Assembly: GCA_963817385.1 (NCBI GenBank)
Contig: CAWFOM010000006.1
Coordinates: 192,001 to 256,000 of the forward strand
Direction of reading: 5' to 3'
DNA: 64,000 nt
Source: an uncultured delta proteobacterium
GTDB lineage: Bacteria > Desulfobacterota > Syntrophia > Syntrophales > UBA5619
Shown here: in pieces, positions 39,266 through 49,519 of the stretch
How positions within the stretch are numbered: position 1 is the stretch's first letter
Layout: every line of letters begins with the position of its first letter
Position numbers and translations under genes: made by a program
Notes under the pieces: model-generated
What the model was told of the DNA's origin: nothing
The model's input: only the letters and a program-made list of their open reading frames with translations
Database searches by the model: none

Positions 39266-40504
39266 ATGACGGGACGAAGGGTCGTCATCACCGCCTGTTC
39301 GGCGATCACGCCGATCGGCCATACGCGCGGGGAGATCGTGGAGAGCCTCCGACGGGGTGTTTCCGGCGTGAAGCCGCTCAGGGAGGACCATCTCCTTACG
39401 AAGTTCATCCACTCGAAGGTCTTCGGGACGGTCGATTACCCGGTCGAGTTCGACTTCAAGCGGGTCCACCGCAAGACGATGGGGCCAGTCGCCTATTACG
39501 CCTGCCAGGTGGCCAAGGAGGTCCTGGAACAGGCGGGTCTTCCCCCTGAATTCGTGATCTCGGGACGCCTGGGGGTGGCCTTCGGCTCCACCCATGGCAG
39601 TCCCTCGGTCCAGCGGGACATCTACAAGACCTTCTTCACCGGCGCCCAAACCGAATTCTCCACTATCGGGGCGGTCGATTATCTCAAGTCTATGGTCCAT
39701 ACGACGGCGGTGAACATCACCAAGATGTTCGGCATCACCGGGCGGGTGATCTCCTCCTCTACGGCCTGCACGACGAGCAGCCAGTCGATCGGCTACGGCT
39801 ACGAGTCGGTGAAGTACGGCATGCAGGACGCGATGCTCTGCGGCGGGGCCGACGAGTACGACACCACGACCGTCGCGGTGTTCGACAATCTGCTGGCCTG
39901 CTCCACCGCCTTCAACGACCGGCCCCAGTGCACCCCGCGGCCCTTCGACCGCAAGCGAGACGGACTGGTGGTGGGGGAGGGGGCGGGAGCGGTGCTTCTC
40001 GAGGAGTACGAGCACGCCAGAAAGCGCGGCGCCGATATCCTGGGGGAGGTGATCGGCTTCGCCTGCAACAACAACGGGGGAGATCTGATACTGCCGAACA
40101 TGGCCGGGATCAGCGAAACCCTCCGTTTCGGGCTTCGGGACGCGGCGCTGAACCCCGACCAGGTCGACTTCGTCAGCGCCCACGCCACGGGGACCAAGAT
40201 GGGGGACGTCATCGAGGCCCAGGCGATCCATGCCGTCTACGGCGCCCATCCCCTGGTGACGGGCCTCAAGGGATACATGGGGCACACCATGGGCTCCTGC
40301 GGCGCCATCGAAACGATCCTCACCCTGTATATGATGCGGGAAGGGTTCATCGCCCCGACGCTGAACCTCGAGGAACCCGACGAGCGGTGCGCCATGATCC
40401 GCCACACCCCGGCCCTGGAAGAGCAGGCGATCGACGTGGCAGGCATCCAGAACTTCGCCTTCGGCGGCGTCAATACGAGCCTCCTGATCCGGCGGTTTAC
40501 CTGA
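39266..40504 (+). CDS. Beta-ketoacyl-ACP synthase KS3 (FabB/F, ApeR-like)
   Basis: TACTTS, SAHATGT, GHTMG, NFAFGG. Confidence 0.93.
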   Translation: MTGRRVVITACSAITPIGHTRGEIVESLRRGVSGVKPLREDHLLTKFIHSKVFGTVDYPVEFDFKRVHRKTMGPVAYYACQVAKEVLEQAGLPPEFVISGRLGVAFGSTHGSPSVQRDIYKTFFTGAQTEFSTIGAVDYLKSMVHTTAVNITKMFGITGRVISSSTACTTSSQSIGYGYESVKYGMQDAMLCGGADEYDTTTVAVFDNLLACSTAFNDRPQCTPRPFDRKRDGLVVGEGAGAVLLEEYEHARKRGADILGEVIGFACNNNGGDLILPNMAGISETLRFGLRDAALNPDQVDFVSAHATGTKMGDVIEAQAIHAVYGAHPLVTGLKGYMGHTMGSCGAIETILTLYMMREGFIAPTLNLEEPDERCAMIRHTPALEEQAIDVAGIQNFAFGGVNTSLLIRRFT

Positions 40505-40684
40505 GCCCCATGGCGCCCCGTTCCCGGAACCTCGAATCCCCCGCCGGCGGCGCCGCTCTCTTCCCGTCGCGGGCCTTGTTCTCCCCGCGATCCGCGTTCT
40601 CCCGCCGGAGCGGGGGCCTGATCGGATATGGGAATCACGGCGGCCGGGATGCCTGCCGTCGGCTGTTTTGGGGGAGCTGAAGTC

Positions 40685-41944
40685 ATGGGTGTGGACGGTC
40701 GGGAAGATCGCGTCGTGGTAACCGGGATGGGTACCGTCAACGCCCTGGCCGGCGATACCGGCAGATTCGCCGCAGCGTTGCGCCGGGGCGACTGCGGCAT
40801 CGGGCCGATTTCCCTGTTCGATACGGCAGAATTCCGCACCCACAACGGGGCCCAGGTAAAGGATTTCAATCCCCGCACCGCGATTCCTTCTCGATTTTCC
40901 CTGAAGCGGATGTCCCGATCCGACCTCTTTGCCCTGGCGTCCGCCCTGCAAGCACTGAAGCAGGCGGGGCTTGATCCGATTCCCGGTGATCTGCGCAAGG
41001 AGATGGGCGTCGTCATCGGCGGCGGAGCGGGAGGCCTCCTGGAGGCGGAGGCGTTTTTTGCCGACTACCTCAGGCGGGGCGGGCGAAGCGCCCGGTTTTC
41101 CCGCCTCGCCCCGGTCTGCTGCGCCTCCACGGCCAACCACCTGACGACGAAATTCGACCTCTGGGGTCCGAAGACGACCCTCATGACGGCCTGCTCTTCG
41201 GGGGCGACGGCCATCGGCCTGGGAAGGGACCTGATCCGGACGGGCGCCGCGCGGGCGATGATCGTGGGCGGAACGGAGCCCCTCTGCCGCCTGACGTTTG
41301 CATCTTTTAATGCGCTCCAGGCTGTGGACCCCGGATACTGTCGTCCCTTTTCCGGGGACCGCGCGGGCCTCACCCTCGGGGAGGCGGCGGGGATCCTCAT
41401 CCTCGAATCGCAGATGAGCGCCCGCGAGAGGGGGGCGCAGATCCTGGGGGAGGTCCTGGGCTACGGCGTGACCTGCGACGCGCACCACATGACAGCGCCG
41501 GACGTCGGCGCCTCCGGGGCGGCCCGGGCGATGCGGGCGGCACTCGCCGATGCGGGCCTGGCGCCGGAGGAGGTGGATTACATCAACGCCCACGGCACGG
41601 CGACGCCGCTCAACGATCTGATGGAGACGAGGGCGATCAAAGAGGTATTCGGCCCCCACGCCCGGAGGATTCCCGTCAGCTCGACGAAATCGATGCATGG
41701 CCATACCCTGGGGGCGTCGGGGGCGCTGGAGGCGGTTGTCGCACTTCTGGCCATCACGGAGGGGTTCATCCCTCCGACGATTCATCACGAGACGCCGGAT
41801 CCGGAGTGCGACCTCGATTATGTTACGACGGGCGCCCGACCGGACGCGCCGGAGATCGTTCTCTCCAACTCGTTTGCGTTCGGCGGGAACAATACGACGG
41901 TGATTTTCGGCCGCTATCGGGATGCGAGGGGGCGGCGTGGATAG
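40685..41944 (+). CDS. Beta-ketoacyl-ACP synthase KS4
   Basis: TACSSG, NAHGTAT, GHTLG, NSFAFGG. Confidence 0.93.
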   Translation: MGVDGREDRVVVTGMGTVNALAGDTGRFAAALRRGDCGIGPISLFDTAEFRTHNGAQVKDFNPRTAIPSRFSLKRMSRSDLFALASALQALKQAGLDPIPGDLRKEMGVVIGGGAGGLLEAEAFFADYLRRGGRSARFSRLAPVCCASTANHLTTKFDLWGPKTTLMTACSSGATAIGLGRDLIRTGAARAMIVGGTEPLCRLTFASFNALQAVDPGYCRPFSGDRAGLTLGEAAGILILESQMSARERGAQILGEVLGYGVTCDAHHMTAPDVGASGAARAMRAALADAGLAPEEVDYINAHGTATPLNDLMETRAIKEVFGPHARRIPVSSTKSMHGHTLGASGALEAVVALLAITEGFIPPTIHHETPDPECDLDYVTTGARPDAPEIVLSNSFAFGGNNTTVIFGRYRDARGRRG

Positions 41945-43157
41945 ACGGGTTGTTATTACCGGGATCGGCATGGTCACCCCGCTGGGGGCGGGGAAGGATG
42001 CCTTCGCGCGGGCCCTCCGGCAAGGAGATACGGGGATCCGGGAGATCACGGCCTTTCCAACCGAGGGGCTTCCCTCGCATCTGGGGGCGGAGGTGCGCGC
42101 GTTTGAGCCCCGCGATTTCATCTCGGTGAAAAACCTGCGGAAGATGGACCGCCTTTCGGCCATGACGACGGCCTCCGTCCGGATGGCCCTGGACGATGCA
42201 GGGCTCCGGATCGATCCCACAAACCGGGACCGGATCGGCATCATCATGGGGACGGCCTTCGGGAATACGGAGCACAAGGTCCTGACTGCCCGGGTCCTCT
42301 TCACGGAAGGCCCCGGCATGGTGAACCCGATCCACGTGCCCAATACCGTCATGAACGCCCCGGCCGGCCACGCCTCGATCGAAATGGGCTTCCGCGGGGT
42401 GAACACGACCGTTAACCATCAGGCCGCCTCCGCCGAAACGGCCATCGCCTACGGTACCATGGAGATCCGGCGCGGCGCTGCGGATGTGATCTTCGCCGGG
42501 GGGGGCGATATCCTGTCGCCCTTCTTCTACGAGGCGCTGACCCGCTTCCATGCCGTTTCCCCGGCGGACGGCGGCCCGGAGGTGGCCCGCCCCTTCGACC
42601 GCCTGCGGAACGGTCCCGTTGCGGGGGAGGGGTGCGGGATCGTCTGCCTCGAGGACGGGGAACTCGCCCGCGAGCGCGGCGCGGTTCCCTACGCTGAGGT
42701 GACGGGGTGGGGGCTTGCCTCTTCTCCGACTCCGCCCACTGCCTGGCCCGTCGATCCCCGCGGATTTTCCCTCGCTCTTGAGCGCGCTCTCAAGATGGCG
42801 GGCGCCGCCCCGGCGGAGATCGACCTCATCCAGGCGGCGGCGAACGGCGGCTGCGACCCCGATGCGATGGAGGCGGCGGCTTACAAACATCTCTTCGGCG
42901 GCAGCGCCAAACTTCTGATCACGTCGCTCAAGGGGGCGATGGGAGAGAACTTCGCCTCGGGCGGGATCCGGGCGGCAGCCCTGGCGCTCTCGCTCAGGGA
43001 GGGGATCGTCCCGCAGGTCATCGGCCTGAACGAACCACTGGTTCCCCTGCCGTTCGTCATCGGAGCCTCCGTGAACCAACCGGTAAAAAGAGGCCTCCTG
43101 AGCGGGATCTCCTATGGCGGGACATACGCCTGCCTGATATTCGAGGGAAATCCCTGA
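41937..43157 (+). CDS. Catalytically inactive KS homolog (chain-length-factor-like)
   Basis: KS fold, but TAC>HQA, NAHGT>QAAAN, GHT>GEN; overlaps the KS4 stop. Confidence 0.85.
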   Translation: MDRRVVITGIGMVTPLGAGKDAFARALRQGDTGIREITAFPTEGLPSHLGAEVRAFEPRDFISVKNLRKMDRLSAMTTASVRMALDDAGLRIDPTNRDRIGIIMGTAFGNTEHKVLTARVLFTEGPGMVNPIHVPNTVMNAPAGHASIEMGFRGVNTTVNHQAASAETAIAYGTMEIRRGAADVIFAGGGDILSPFFYEALTRFHAVSPADGGPEVARPFDRLRNGPVAGEGCGIVCLEDGELARERGAVPYAEVTGWGLASSPTPPTAWPVDPRGFSLALERALKMAGAAPAEIDLIQAAANGGCDPDAMEAAAYKHLFGGSAKLLITSLKGAMGENFASGGIRAAALALSLREGIVPQVIGLNEPLVPLPFVIGASVNQPVKRGLLSGISYGGTYACLIFEGNP

Positions 43158-43355
43158 CGCCCTGACGGCTTTAGGGCGTATGACCGCCGTTCCAGGACTT
43201 ATCCACAAATCGCCGACCTCGATGATGATGTAGAATCTTGACTGGTAATGATTTTTATTTCCTCAATAGTATGGTATGGGTTTAAACCTCGTTCCGCCTG
43301 AATCCAGCGCGAACGATTTCCGCACAGGATGTACCGGAGAGGTGAAATTACCATA

Positions 43356-44351
43356 ATGAAAAAAAATACATGGTTGATTTTGGTCATTGCAGGCGGCTTA
43401 TTGTTGTCGTTTCATGTCATCGGCGGCAGCCAAGTCATGGCTGCGTATCCGGAGAGGCCTATTACTCTTTTGGTTGGATTTGCACCGGGCGGGTCGGTGG
43501 ATCTGAGTGCCAGATCCTTGGCTAAGGCGGTGGAAAAGGTTTTGGGTCAGCCGGTTGTGATTGAAAACAGGCCCGGTGGCACAGGCACGGTTGCGCTGGC
43601 ATCCTTGCTCGCTCAAAATAACGACGGCTACACCTTGTGTGCAACCCCAAGCTCGGTCTTGATCCGTGTTCCCCAGATGCAAAAAGTTCCTTTCAAACCT
43701 TTGAAAAACTTCCGGCCCATTATCGGGTACGCATCACCCCCGTTGGGAATCGTGGTCCTGAATGATGCACCCTGGAGAACCCTTAAAGATTTGGTTGCCG
43801 ACTCCCTGTCCCATCCCGGCAAAATCAAATACGCGACTACCGGCGTGGGAAGCACGACCCACGCTGCCGTTGAAGAAATCGCCGTGAAGGAAAAAGCGCA
43901 CATGATTCACGTGCCCTTTAAAGGCGGGACCGAAGCGCTCACCGCCCTTTTAGGGGGACATGTGGAGTTCGGTGCGCTGACATCGGAATTTATCCCCGCG
44001 GTGAAAGCCGGTCAAACTCGGTTACTGGCAACTATGGGTGACAAGAGATCACCTAAATTTGCCGGTGTGCCGACCTTAAAAGAACTTGGTTATGATTTTG
44101 TCAACGATGCGGTGTATGCCATTGTTTGCCCGTCCGGCCTTTCGCCCGACATCGTGAAACAACTCGAAGCGGCATTTGCCAAGGCTGCGAAGAATGAACA
44201 ATATATGACCGTTCTGGATAATCTTGACCTGGTTCCTCTCTACTATGACGGCAAGCAATTCGAAGATTTCTTAAAGGTTAACTGGAAAAAAATTAATACC
44301 CATTTGATCGCAACGGGTCTTATTACGGAAGCGGCTACGTCGCCGGAGTGA
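43356..44351 (+). CDS. tctC: Tripartite tricarboxylate transporter substrate-binding protein (Bug/TctC)
   Basis: YPERPITL.V.F.PGG..D..AR, IENRPGG, DGYTL, HVPFKGG. Confidence 0.92.
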   Translation: MKKNTWLILVIAGGLLLSFHVIGGSQVMAAYPERPITLLVGFAPGGSVDLSARSLAKAVEKVLGQPVVIENRPGGTGTVALASLLAQNNDGYTLCATPSSVLIRVPQMQKVPFKPLKNFRPIIGYASPPLGIVVLNDAPWRTLKDLVADSLSHPGKIKYATTGVGSTTHAAVEEIAVKEKAHMIHVPFKGGTEALTALLGGHVEFGALTSEFIPAVKAGQTRLLATMGDKRSPKFAGVPTLKELGYDFVNDAVYAIVCPSGLSPDIVKQLEAAFAKAAKNEQYMTVLDNLDLVPLYYDGKQFEDFLKVNWKKINTHLIATGLITEAATSPE

Positions 44352-44854
44352 AACGAACGATCACACCGCCGTTCTTTAAGGCCGGTCATCGGGAAATGAT
44401 GGATACACGGGACATTATCAGCGGTATTGCATGCATCTTTATCTCCGTTTTTGTCTTTACGACATCCCTCCGCCTGGGGGTCGGGGTGCTTCATGATCCC
44501 GGTCCCGGCTTTATTCTCTTCTGGGCAAGCATTTTATTGGCGATCTGTACCTGCATCCTGTTGGGTATCAGCCGTTTAAAAAAAACAGAACCGGTGAGCC
44601 GCTCTAACGCATGGCATGATGCAGATCGGCGTAATGCGATCATCGTAATTGCCGCCCTTATCGCCTATTGCCTGGTACTGCCGAAGTTTGGTTATCCCAT
44701 CGCAACCTTTGCCTTGATGCTTGTTTTGTTCGGTTTGGGAAGAATGAAACCATGGATGATTATCCTGGGTTCGCTGATTACCGTTCTCCTCAGCTATTAT
44801 CTGTTCGATCATCTGTTGCGAACGCCGCTCCCCAGAGGTGTGCTGCGCTTCTGA
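44348..44854 (+). CDS. tctB: TctB small membrane subunit
   Basis: PGPGF, about 4 TM, C-terminal PLP.G; lies between tctC and tctA. Confidence 0.88.
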   Translation: MKRTITPPFFKAGHREMMDTRDIISGIACIFISVFVFTTSLRLGVGVLHDPGPGFILFWASILLAICTCILLGISRLKKTEPVSRSNAWHDADRRNAIIVIAALIAYCLVLPKFGYPIATFALMLVLFGLGRMKPWMIILGSLITVLLSYYLFDHLLRTPLPRGVLRF

Positions 44855-44866
44855 TCATGGTAAAGG

Positions 44867-46366
44867 GTGGAGAATGTGGATGCGTTAAGCGGTTTATTCT
44901 ATGGTTTGTCGGTCGCCGTACGGCCTGAAAATCTCTTCTTTGTCTTTGCGGGATGTTTTCTGGGAACACTGATAGGCGTCCTTCCGGGAATTGGTCCGGT
45001 GGGCGCCATCTCCATTCTGTTGCCCATGACCTTTCAACTGGCGCCAACCGGGGCGACGATCATGCTTGCGGGGATTTATTATGGCGTCATGTATGGCGGT
45101 TCGACAACCTCAATCCTCGTCAATGTACCGGGGGAGACGGCATCGGTTGTCACCTGTCTGGATGGTTATCAGATGGCCCGCCAGGGTCGTGCCGGGCCGG
45201 CCTTGGGTATTGCCGCATTCGGTTCTTTTTTTGCCGGAACGGTAGGGTTGGTCGGTTTGCAGCTTATCGCCAATCCGCTTTCCCGCATTGCCTTGAAATT
45301 CGGGCCCCCGGAGTACTGTGCCCTCATCATGCTGGGATTCTCCCTCATTACCTACCTGTCTCGTGGTTCCAAGCTCAAAGCCTGTGTTATGGCGTTGCTC
45401 GGCCTGATCCTGAGCGGGGTCGGCCTTGATCCCATTACCTCCCAGGAAAGAATGACCTTTGGCATCATAAATCTTTTTGAGGGCATCGGGGTTGCCCCGC
45501 TTGCCATGGGTTTGTTTGGCGTTGCCGAAGTATTCAACAATCTTGGAGCCCTTTCCTCCGGGAACATTGTAAAAGTTCGCATATCGAAACTATTTCCCTC
45601 CAAATCGGACTGGCTCCAAGCCAAATGGGCGATGGTACGGGGAACCGCAATCGGGTTTTTATTGGGAATTCTCCCGGGAGGAGGGCCGGTTCTTGCCACC
45701 TTCGTTGCCTATGGACTGGAAAAGCGGGTAGCAAAAAATCCTGAACGGTTCGGGAAAGGGGCGATTGAAGGGGTTGCGTCGCCGGAATCCGCCAATAACG
45801 CTGCCGCGTCTGCCTCCTTTATCCCTTTCCTTACCTTGGGGATCCCGCCGAATGTTGTGTTGGCCGTTCTTCTGGGGGCTTTTATGATTCATGGGATCGT
45901 GCCCGGCCCCCTGCTGATCAAGAATCACCCTGATCTGTTTTGGGGTTTGGTGGGCAGCATGTATATCGGGAATGTCGTATTGGTAATCATGAACCTGCCG
46001 TTGATCCCTCTCTGGGTGCAGGTGCTGAGAATTCCGGGTAAGATACTCTACCCGCTGGTGCTCCTTTTCTGTCTGGTGGGGGCGTTCTCTATTCAAAATA
46101 ATGTATTCGATGTCATGGTGATGATCCTCTTTGGAGTTGTGGGTTATCTGTGCAGGCAAAACGGCTATGAAGGCGCACCGCTCATTCTGTCTTTCGTTCT
46201 GGGTCCCCTGTTTGAGGTAAATTTCAGACGATCTTTGCTCATGTCCCAGGGCAGTTTTTCTATTTTTTTTACCCGGCCAATAGCCTTGGGGGCGATGATC
46301 TTTTTCCTCGGTCTCGTGGTGTATCCCATCTACAAATTGTTTAAAAAAAGGTCTAAGGGGACATGA
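44867..46366 (+). CDS. tctA: TctA large permease
   Basis: G.LIG.LPG.G, YGGS...IL.N.PG, DGY.MA..G, PESANNA, LTLGIP. Confidence 0.95.
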   Translation: MENVDALSGLFYGLSVAVRPENLFFVFAGCFLGTLIGVLPGIGPVGAISILLPMTFQLAPTGATIMLAGIYYGVMYGGSTTSILVNVPGETASVVTCLDGYQMARQGRAGPALGIAAFGSFFAGTVGLVGLQLIANPLSRIALKFGPPEYCALIMLGFSLITYLSRGSKLKACVMALLGLILSGVGLDPITSQERMTFGIINLFEGIGVAPLAMGLFGVAEVFNNLGALSSGNIVKVRISKLFPSKSDWLQAKWAMVRGTAIGFLLGILPGGGPVLATFVAYGLEKRVAKNPERFGKGAIEGVASPESANNAAASASFIPFLTLGIPPNVVLAVLLGAFMIHGIVPGPLLIKNHPDLFWGLVGSMYIGNVVLVIMNLPLIPLWVQVLRIPGKILYPLVLLFCLVGAFSIQNNVFDVMVMILFGVVGYLCRQNGYEGAPLILSFVLGPLFEVNFRRSLLMSQGSFSIFFTRPIALGAMIFFLGLVVYPIYKLFKKRSKGT

Positions 46367-46441
46367 CTGAATCCCTGCTGGATATCAAAGACACGGCTAG
46401 TGTGCTCCAGGAAACGCTCATGGGGTCTGACAGAGAATCGA

Positions 46442-46792
46442 TCAGGATGGCGGAGAAATCTTTGCAGCAGCTCGTTGGAAACTCTGTATCGCAATTTTTG
46501 CTTCTTTGCTGATTTCCACAAATCGAGTGCCGATATAAAACGAAGAGATCGCCGGGTCTTCACGAATCCAAGCCGGCGCAACCCGGATTTCAACAGTACG
46601 GTATTTTGAAATGTTTAGCGAAAGGATAAGCCGGTCGGTTAGCCGAATAAATTTACGAACTACGAGCTTCACACCGCCATTCGAGATATCGGAGGCAAAA
46701 CAAGATATCGTGTCTTGTATACTGTCGATAATTCTAAAAGATGACGGCAAATCGCACGGCACCCGCACAGATCCGCGACGTTCAAATTCCAT
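46442..46792 (-). CDS. PilZ domain protein
   Basis: ERRGSVR (RxxxR) and DISNGG (DxSxxG). Confidence 0.85.
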   Translation of the reverse strand: MEFERRGSVRVPCDLPSSFRIIDSIQDTISCFASDISNGGVKLVVRKFIRLTDRLILSLNISKYRTVEIRVAPAWIREDPAISSFYIGTRFVEISKEAKIAIQSFQRAAAKISPPS

Positions 46793-47074
46793 CCTGCACC
46801 TCCGTAGTTAATTGACCCCCCACTTTTTACGTCAGATCGCTTCGATCTTACACCTATGTGGCTCATCAGCTTGATCCAGGAGCAACGATCATCCCGTGCC
46901 TCTACTCTTTTTTTCATGTCCCCGATGAGATCGCCGATTTGGGGAGCGATCGGTACTTCTATTGGTGATAAAATCTCTTTGACATGCCGGCGCCGGCCGC
47001 CTTCCGCATCCTCATCCCACGCAAAAGCAAGTTCTTATCAATTCAATGAATATCATCAATTCGATCACCTTAGA

Positions 47075-47485
47075 TTAGTTCTTGGCTTTTTCGATCATTG
47101 CTTTATATTCTTCAGGCTTTCCAGAACCACTGCGTGATGTTATTTGTTTGCCGTTAGAATCAGCAATAACGACAAATGGCAATGCATTGCCGCTTACCGT
47201 AAAAAGCTCCCGAAACCGTTTGCGCTGTGTCTCGTTGTCACAATCCAAATCAACATAAACGAAATTATCTATACTTACCTTTCCTTCCTTGATATACGAT
47301 TTGAGCGCCTGACAGTGGACACATGTTTCTCTTCCATATTGTATGAATAGCGGTTTCCCAAGTGCCTTTGCTTTTTCCAATGCAGTTTCTAAATCACTAT
47401 TAGCCGGCGGCGCGCTTAACGAAACACTTGTCCCAGATAAAACAACAACCATAGCCACTAAAAACAATAAACGTAAATTTCTCAT
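47075..47485 (-). CDS. Exported thioredoxin-fold protein
   Basis: Signal peptide; A...GKPLFI.....CVHC; LPFVVI cis-Pro motif. Confidence 0.8.
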   Translation of the reverse strand: MRNLRLLFLVAMVVVLSGTSVSLSAPPANSDLETALEKAKALGKPLFIQYGRETCVHCQALKSYIKEGKVSIDNFVYVDLDCDNETQRKRFRELFTVSGNALPFVVIADSNGKQITSRSGSGKPEEYKAMIEKAKN

Positions 47486-47696
47486 ACGCCACTCCTTAAA
47501 GGTGTTATCTTTGACTTCTACTTTCCATCGCTTTTCTCGTATCAATTCCATCTTCTTTAAGGCAAGTAAAATATTATTATTTACCCACTGTCAGGATCGC
47601 CCACGATACAGGCGAACACGGCCATACGGCCAACCTCCATCTGTTTTAATAAACATGTCACCTCCAGTTATCGTTTTATATAAAGCGGCACTTTTT

Positions 47697-48176
47697 TTAT
47701 TTTTTATGAAACGCGTCATTTTTGAATTCGCCGACTTCTTTCCTCCCGTCAGGATAAAACATCGTACCCTGGGCAGAGGTGACACGGCTGCTACGGGTGA
47801 AGGTCATCAATTTTCCTCCGGATGTATCACTTTCTTTTGTAACAACGGTGTCAAACATCCATTCCCCGACAAATTTACGGCCATCATAGAAGGTCAGCGT
47901 TCCTTTACCGCTCGGCATGTCTTCTTTCCATCCCCCTTCATATTGTTTCTGACCGCCGGATTTCGTCTTGTCTGGAAACATATAGGTGCCTTTTCCGTCC
48001 CGCTTGCCGTTTTTAAACTGTCCCACGTATTTCTGCCCCGCCTTTTCGCGATAGATCATGGTCCCTTTGCCATCGGTACAGTTTCCCTCGGCGCATTCGG
48101 CAAAAACGTGCAGGGGGAGGAGACAAATGACAAATACAATTAGTAATAGCAACAGTCTTGATCTTCATTTCTTCAT
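47697..48176 (-). CDS. MORN-repeat exported protein; 5' end interrupted (in-frame TGA at 48165-48167 or +1 frameshift)
   Basis: YVGQFKNGKRDGKGT, YEGGWKED.PSGKGT repeats; ATG AAG AAA TGA precedes the signal peptide. Confidence 0.75.
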
Positions 48177-48268
48177 TTTTCCTTTCCATAAGAGTCTGAT
48201 CACCCATAGTGCGTTCTTTTAATCTTGCAACGTCACGGACGCGCCGACACGGCACGAACCGTCGGAGA

Positions 48269-48763
48269 TTAGGGCGCCTTCCACTCCATGATGGGCACTG
48301 TGCTGATGCTGTTCTTTGGGCTGCCCGTGATGACCCGGTCGCTGTAGGATACATAGACCAGGACATTGCGCTTGCGATCAAAGAAACGCACGACCTGAAG
48401 CGACTTGAAGACAAGGCTGCGGTGTTCGTCAAAGACGCGTTCGCCGTCCTTGAACTCGCCCAGGAACCGAATCGGCCCGATCTGGCGACAGGCAATGCTG
48501 GCGTCGCTCGTATCCTCCGCTACGCCCAGGGCGCCTTTGACGCCGCCGGTCTGGGCCCGGGAGATATGGCAGGCCACGCCCTGGACCTTGGGGTCGTCGA
48601 AGCCGTCCACCACGATCTTGTCATTAGGACCGAGCCATCGAAATTGGGTGCTCACCGAGCCGGTCGTCCCGCGTTCAGGTCGGCTAACGAGCCACCATCC
48701 GAAAAGAACGATGACCAGCAAGATTCCCGCGCCCATAATCATTACGACCTTTTTCATGACCAT
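48269..48763 (-). CDS. creA: CreA family protein
   Basis: [36 protein letters not shown]...SL.FK...V.R..D. Confidence 0.92.
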   Translation of the reverse strand: MVMKKVVMIMGAGILLVIVLFGWWLVSRPERGTTGSVSTQFRWLGPNDKIVVDGFDDPKVQGVACHISRAQTGGVKGALGVAEDTSDASIACRQIGPIRFLGEFKDGERVFDEHRSLVFKSLQVVRFFDRKRNVLVYVSYSDRVITGSPKNSISTVPIMEWKAP

Positions 48764-48997
48764 TTACCTTTTGGAATAATTTGCCCCGACCTCGCCGTAA
48801 TTAAATGCCGGGACATCCTAAACCCGGCTGAACAGAGCCTTACGCCCTCAAGTCTTCAAGCAGCGCTGACAGGTTTCCCCGGATGGAGACGGGCGTTATC
48901 TCGACGTCTTTGAGCGCTTTCTTTTTGACTGATACTCTGAACATGGCCACATTGCAATCACAAAATGGTTATCTGTCAAAGCTAAACAGGCCAAACA

Positions 48998-49240
48998 TGG
49001 CCCCGGAATCCACAGCTACCGATTATTACCGCTGCATAGAAGACTATTTTTGAAATCTTTGTGCAGATCTACGACCATCACTTCTCACGGCGGTACGGAT
49101 CCTGGCAACCTTATGTCGAGCAGGTAATCTATCGCTATCTCGATTGCGACGATCTCCATAACAGCTTTACCCGTGCGAAATGCAAAGACTGCGGCCATGA
49201 ATACCTACTGGCCTTCTTCTACAACTGTCGCTGCTTTCCA
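48998..49240 (+). mobile_element. Degenerate IS91-family transposase fragment (zinc-binding N-terminal domain)
   Basis: YYRCIEDYF/..QIYD.HFSRRYG.W.PYVEQVIYRYLDCDDLHNSFTRAKCKDCGHEYLLAF; frameshifted, CK.R..CP.C motif eroded, catalytic domain absent. Confidence 0.8.
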
Positions 49241-49519
49241 TTGGCAATATTCAATGTTTTTCTTTGCTTTGTTCTGAGTAGTTATCGGTGTTGCCGCGGT
49301 ATGGTCGAAATCTTCCCAAGCGGGGATAGTTTCGCCCAATCTCTGATTCCCCGCCCAAGTTTAATGACTTGACATTGGTTGCATCATTCAGTTACATGTC
49401 CGCGATGCGGCATGGCCTGTTTCGCACCAAGCCCACAATCACTTCCGGCATGGGGATGGAATTCTGATAGCGGCCGCAGAAGGCCTGAGTATCGACTTTT
49501 TTTCTGAGGGTGTAACTGG

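Noticed and set aside
39254..42406. Very long minus-strand ORFs (1050 aa here; also 19381-21603, 17558-19096, 24709-26433, 56847-58514, 59611-61143)
   Set aside because: Antisense shadows of well-supported GC-rich + strand genes, with no protein motifs.
47591..47656. 21-aa ORF MFIKTDGGWPYGRVRLYRGRS with GGAGGTG RBS (minus strand)
   Set aside because: Too short to support; may be a gene remnant; no adjacent RiPP machinery.
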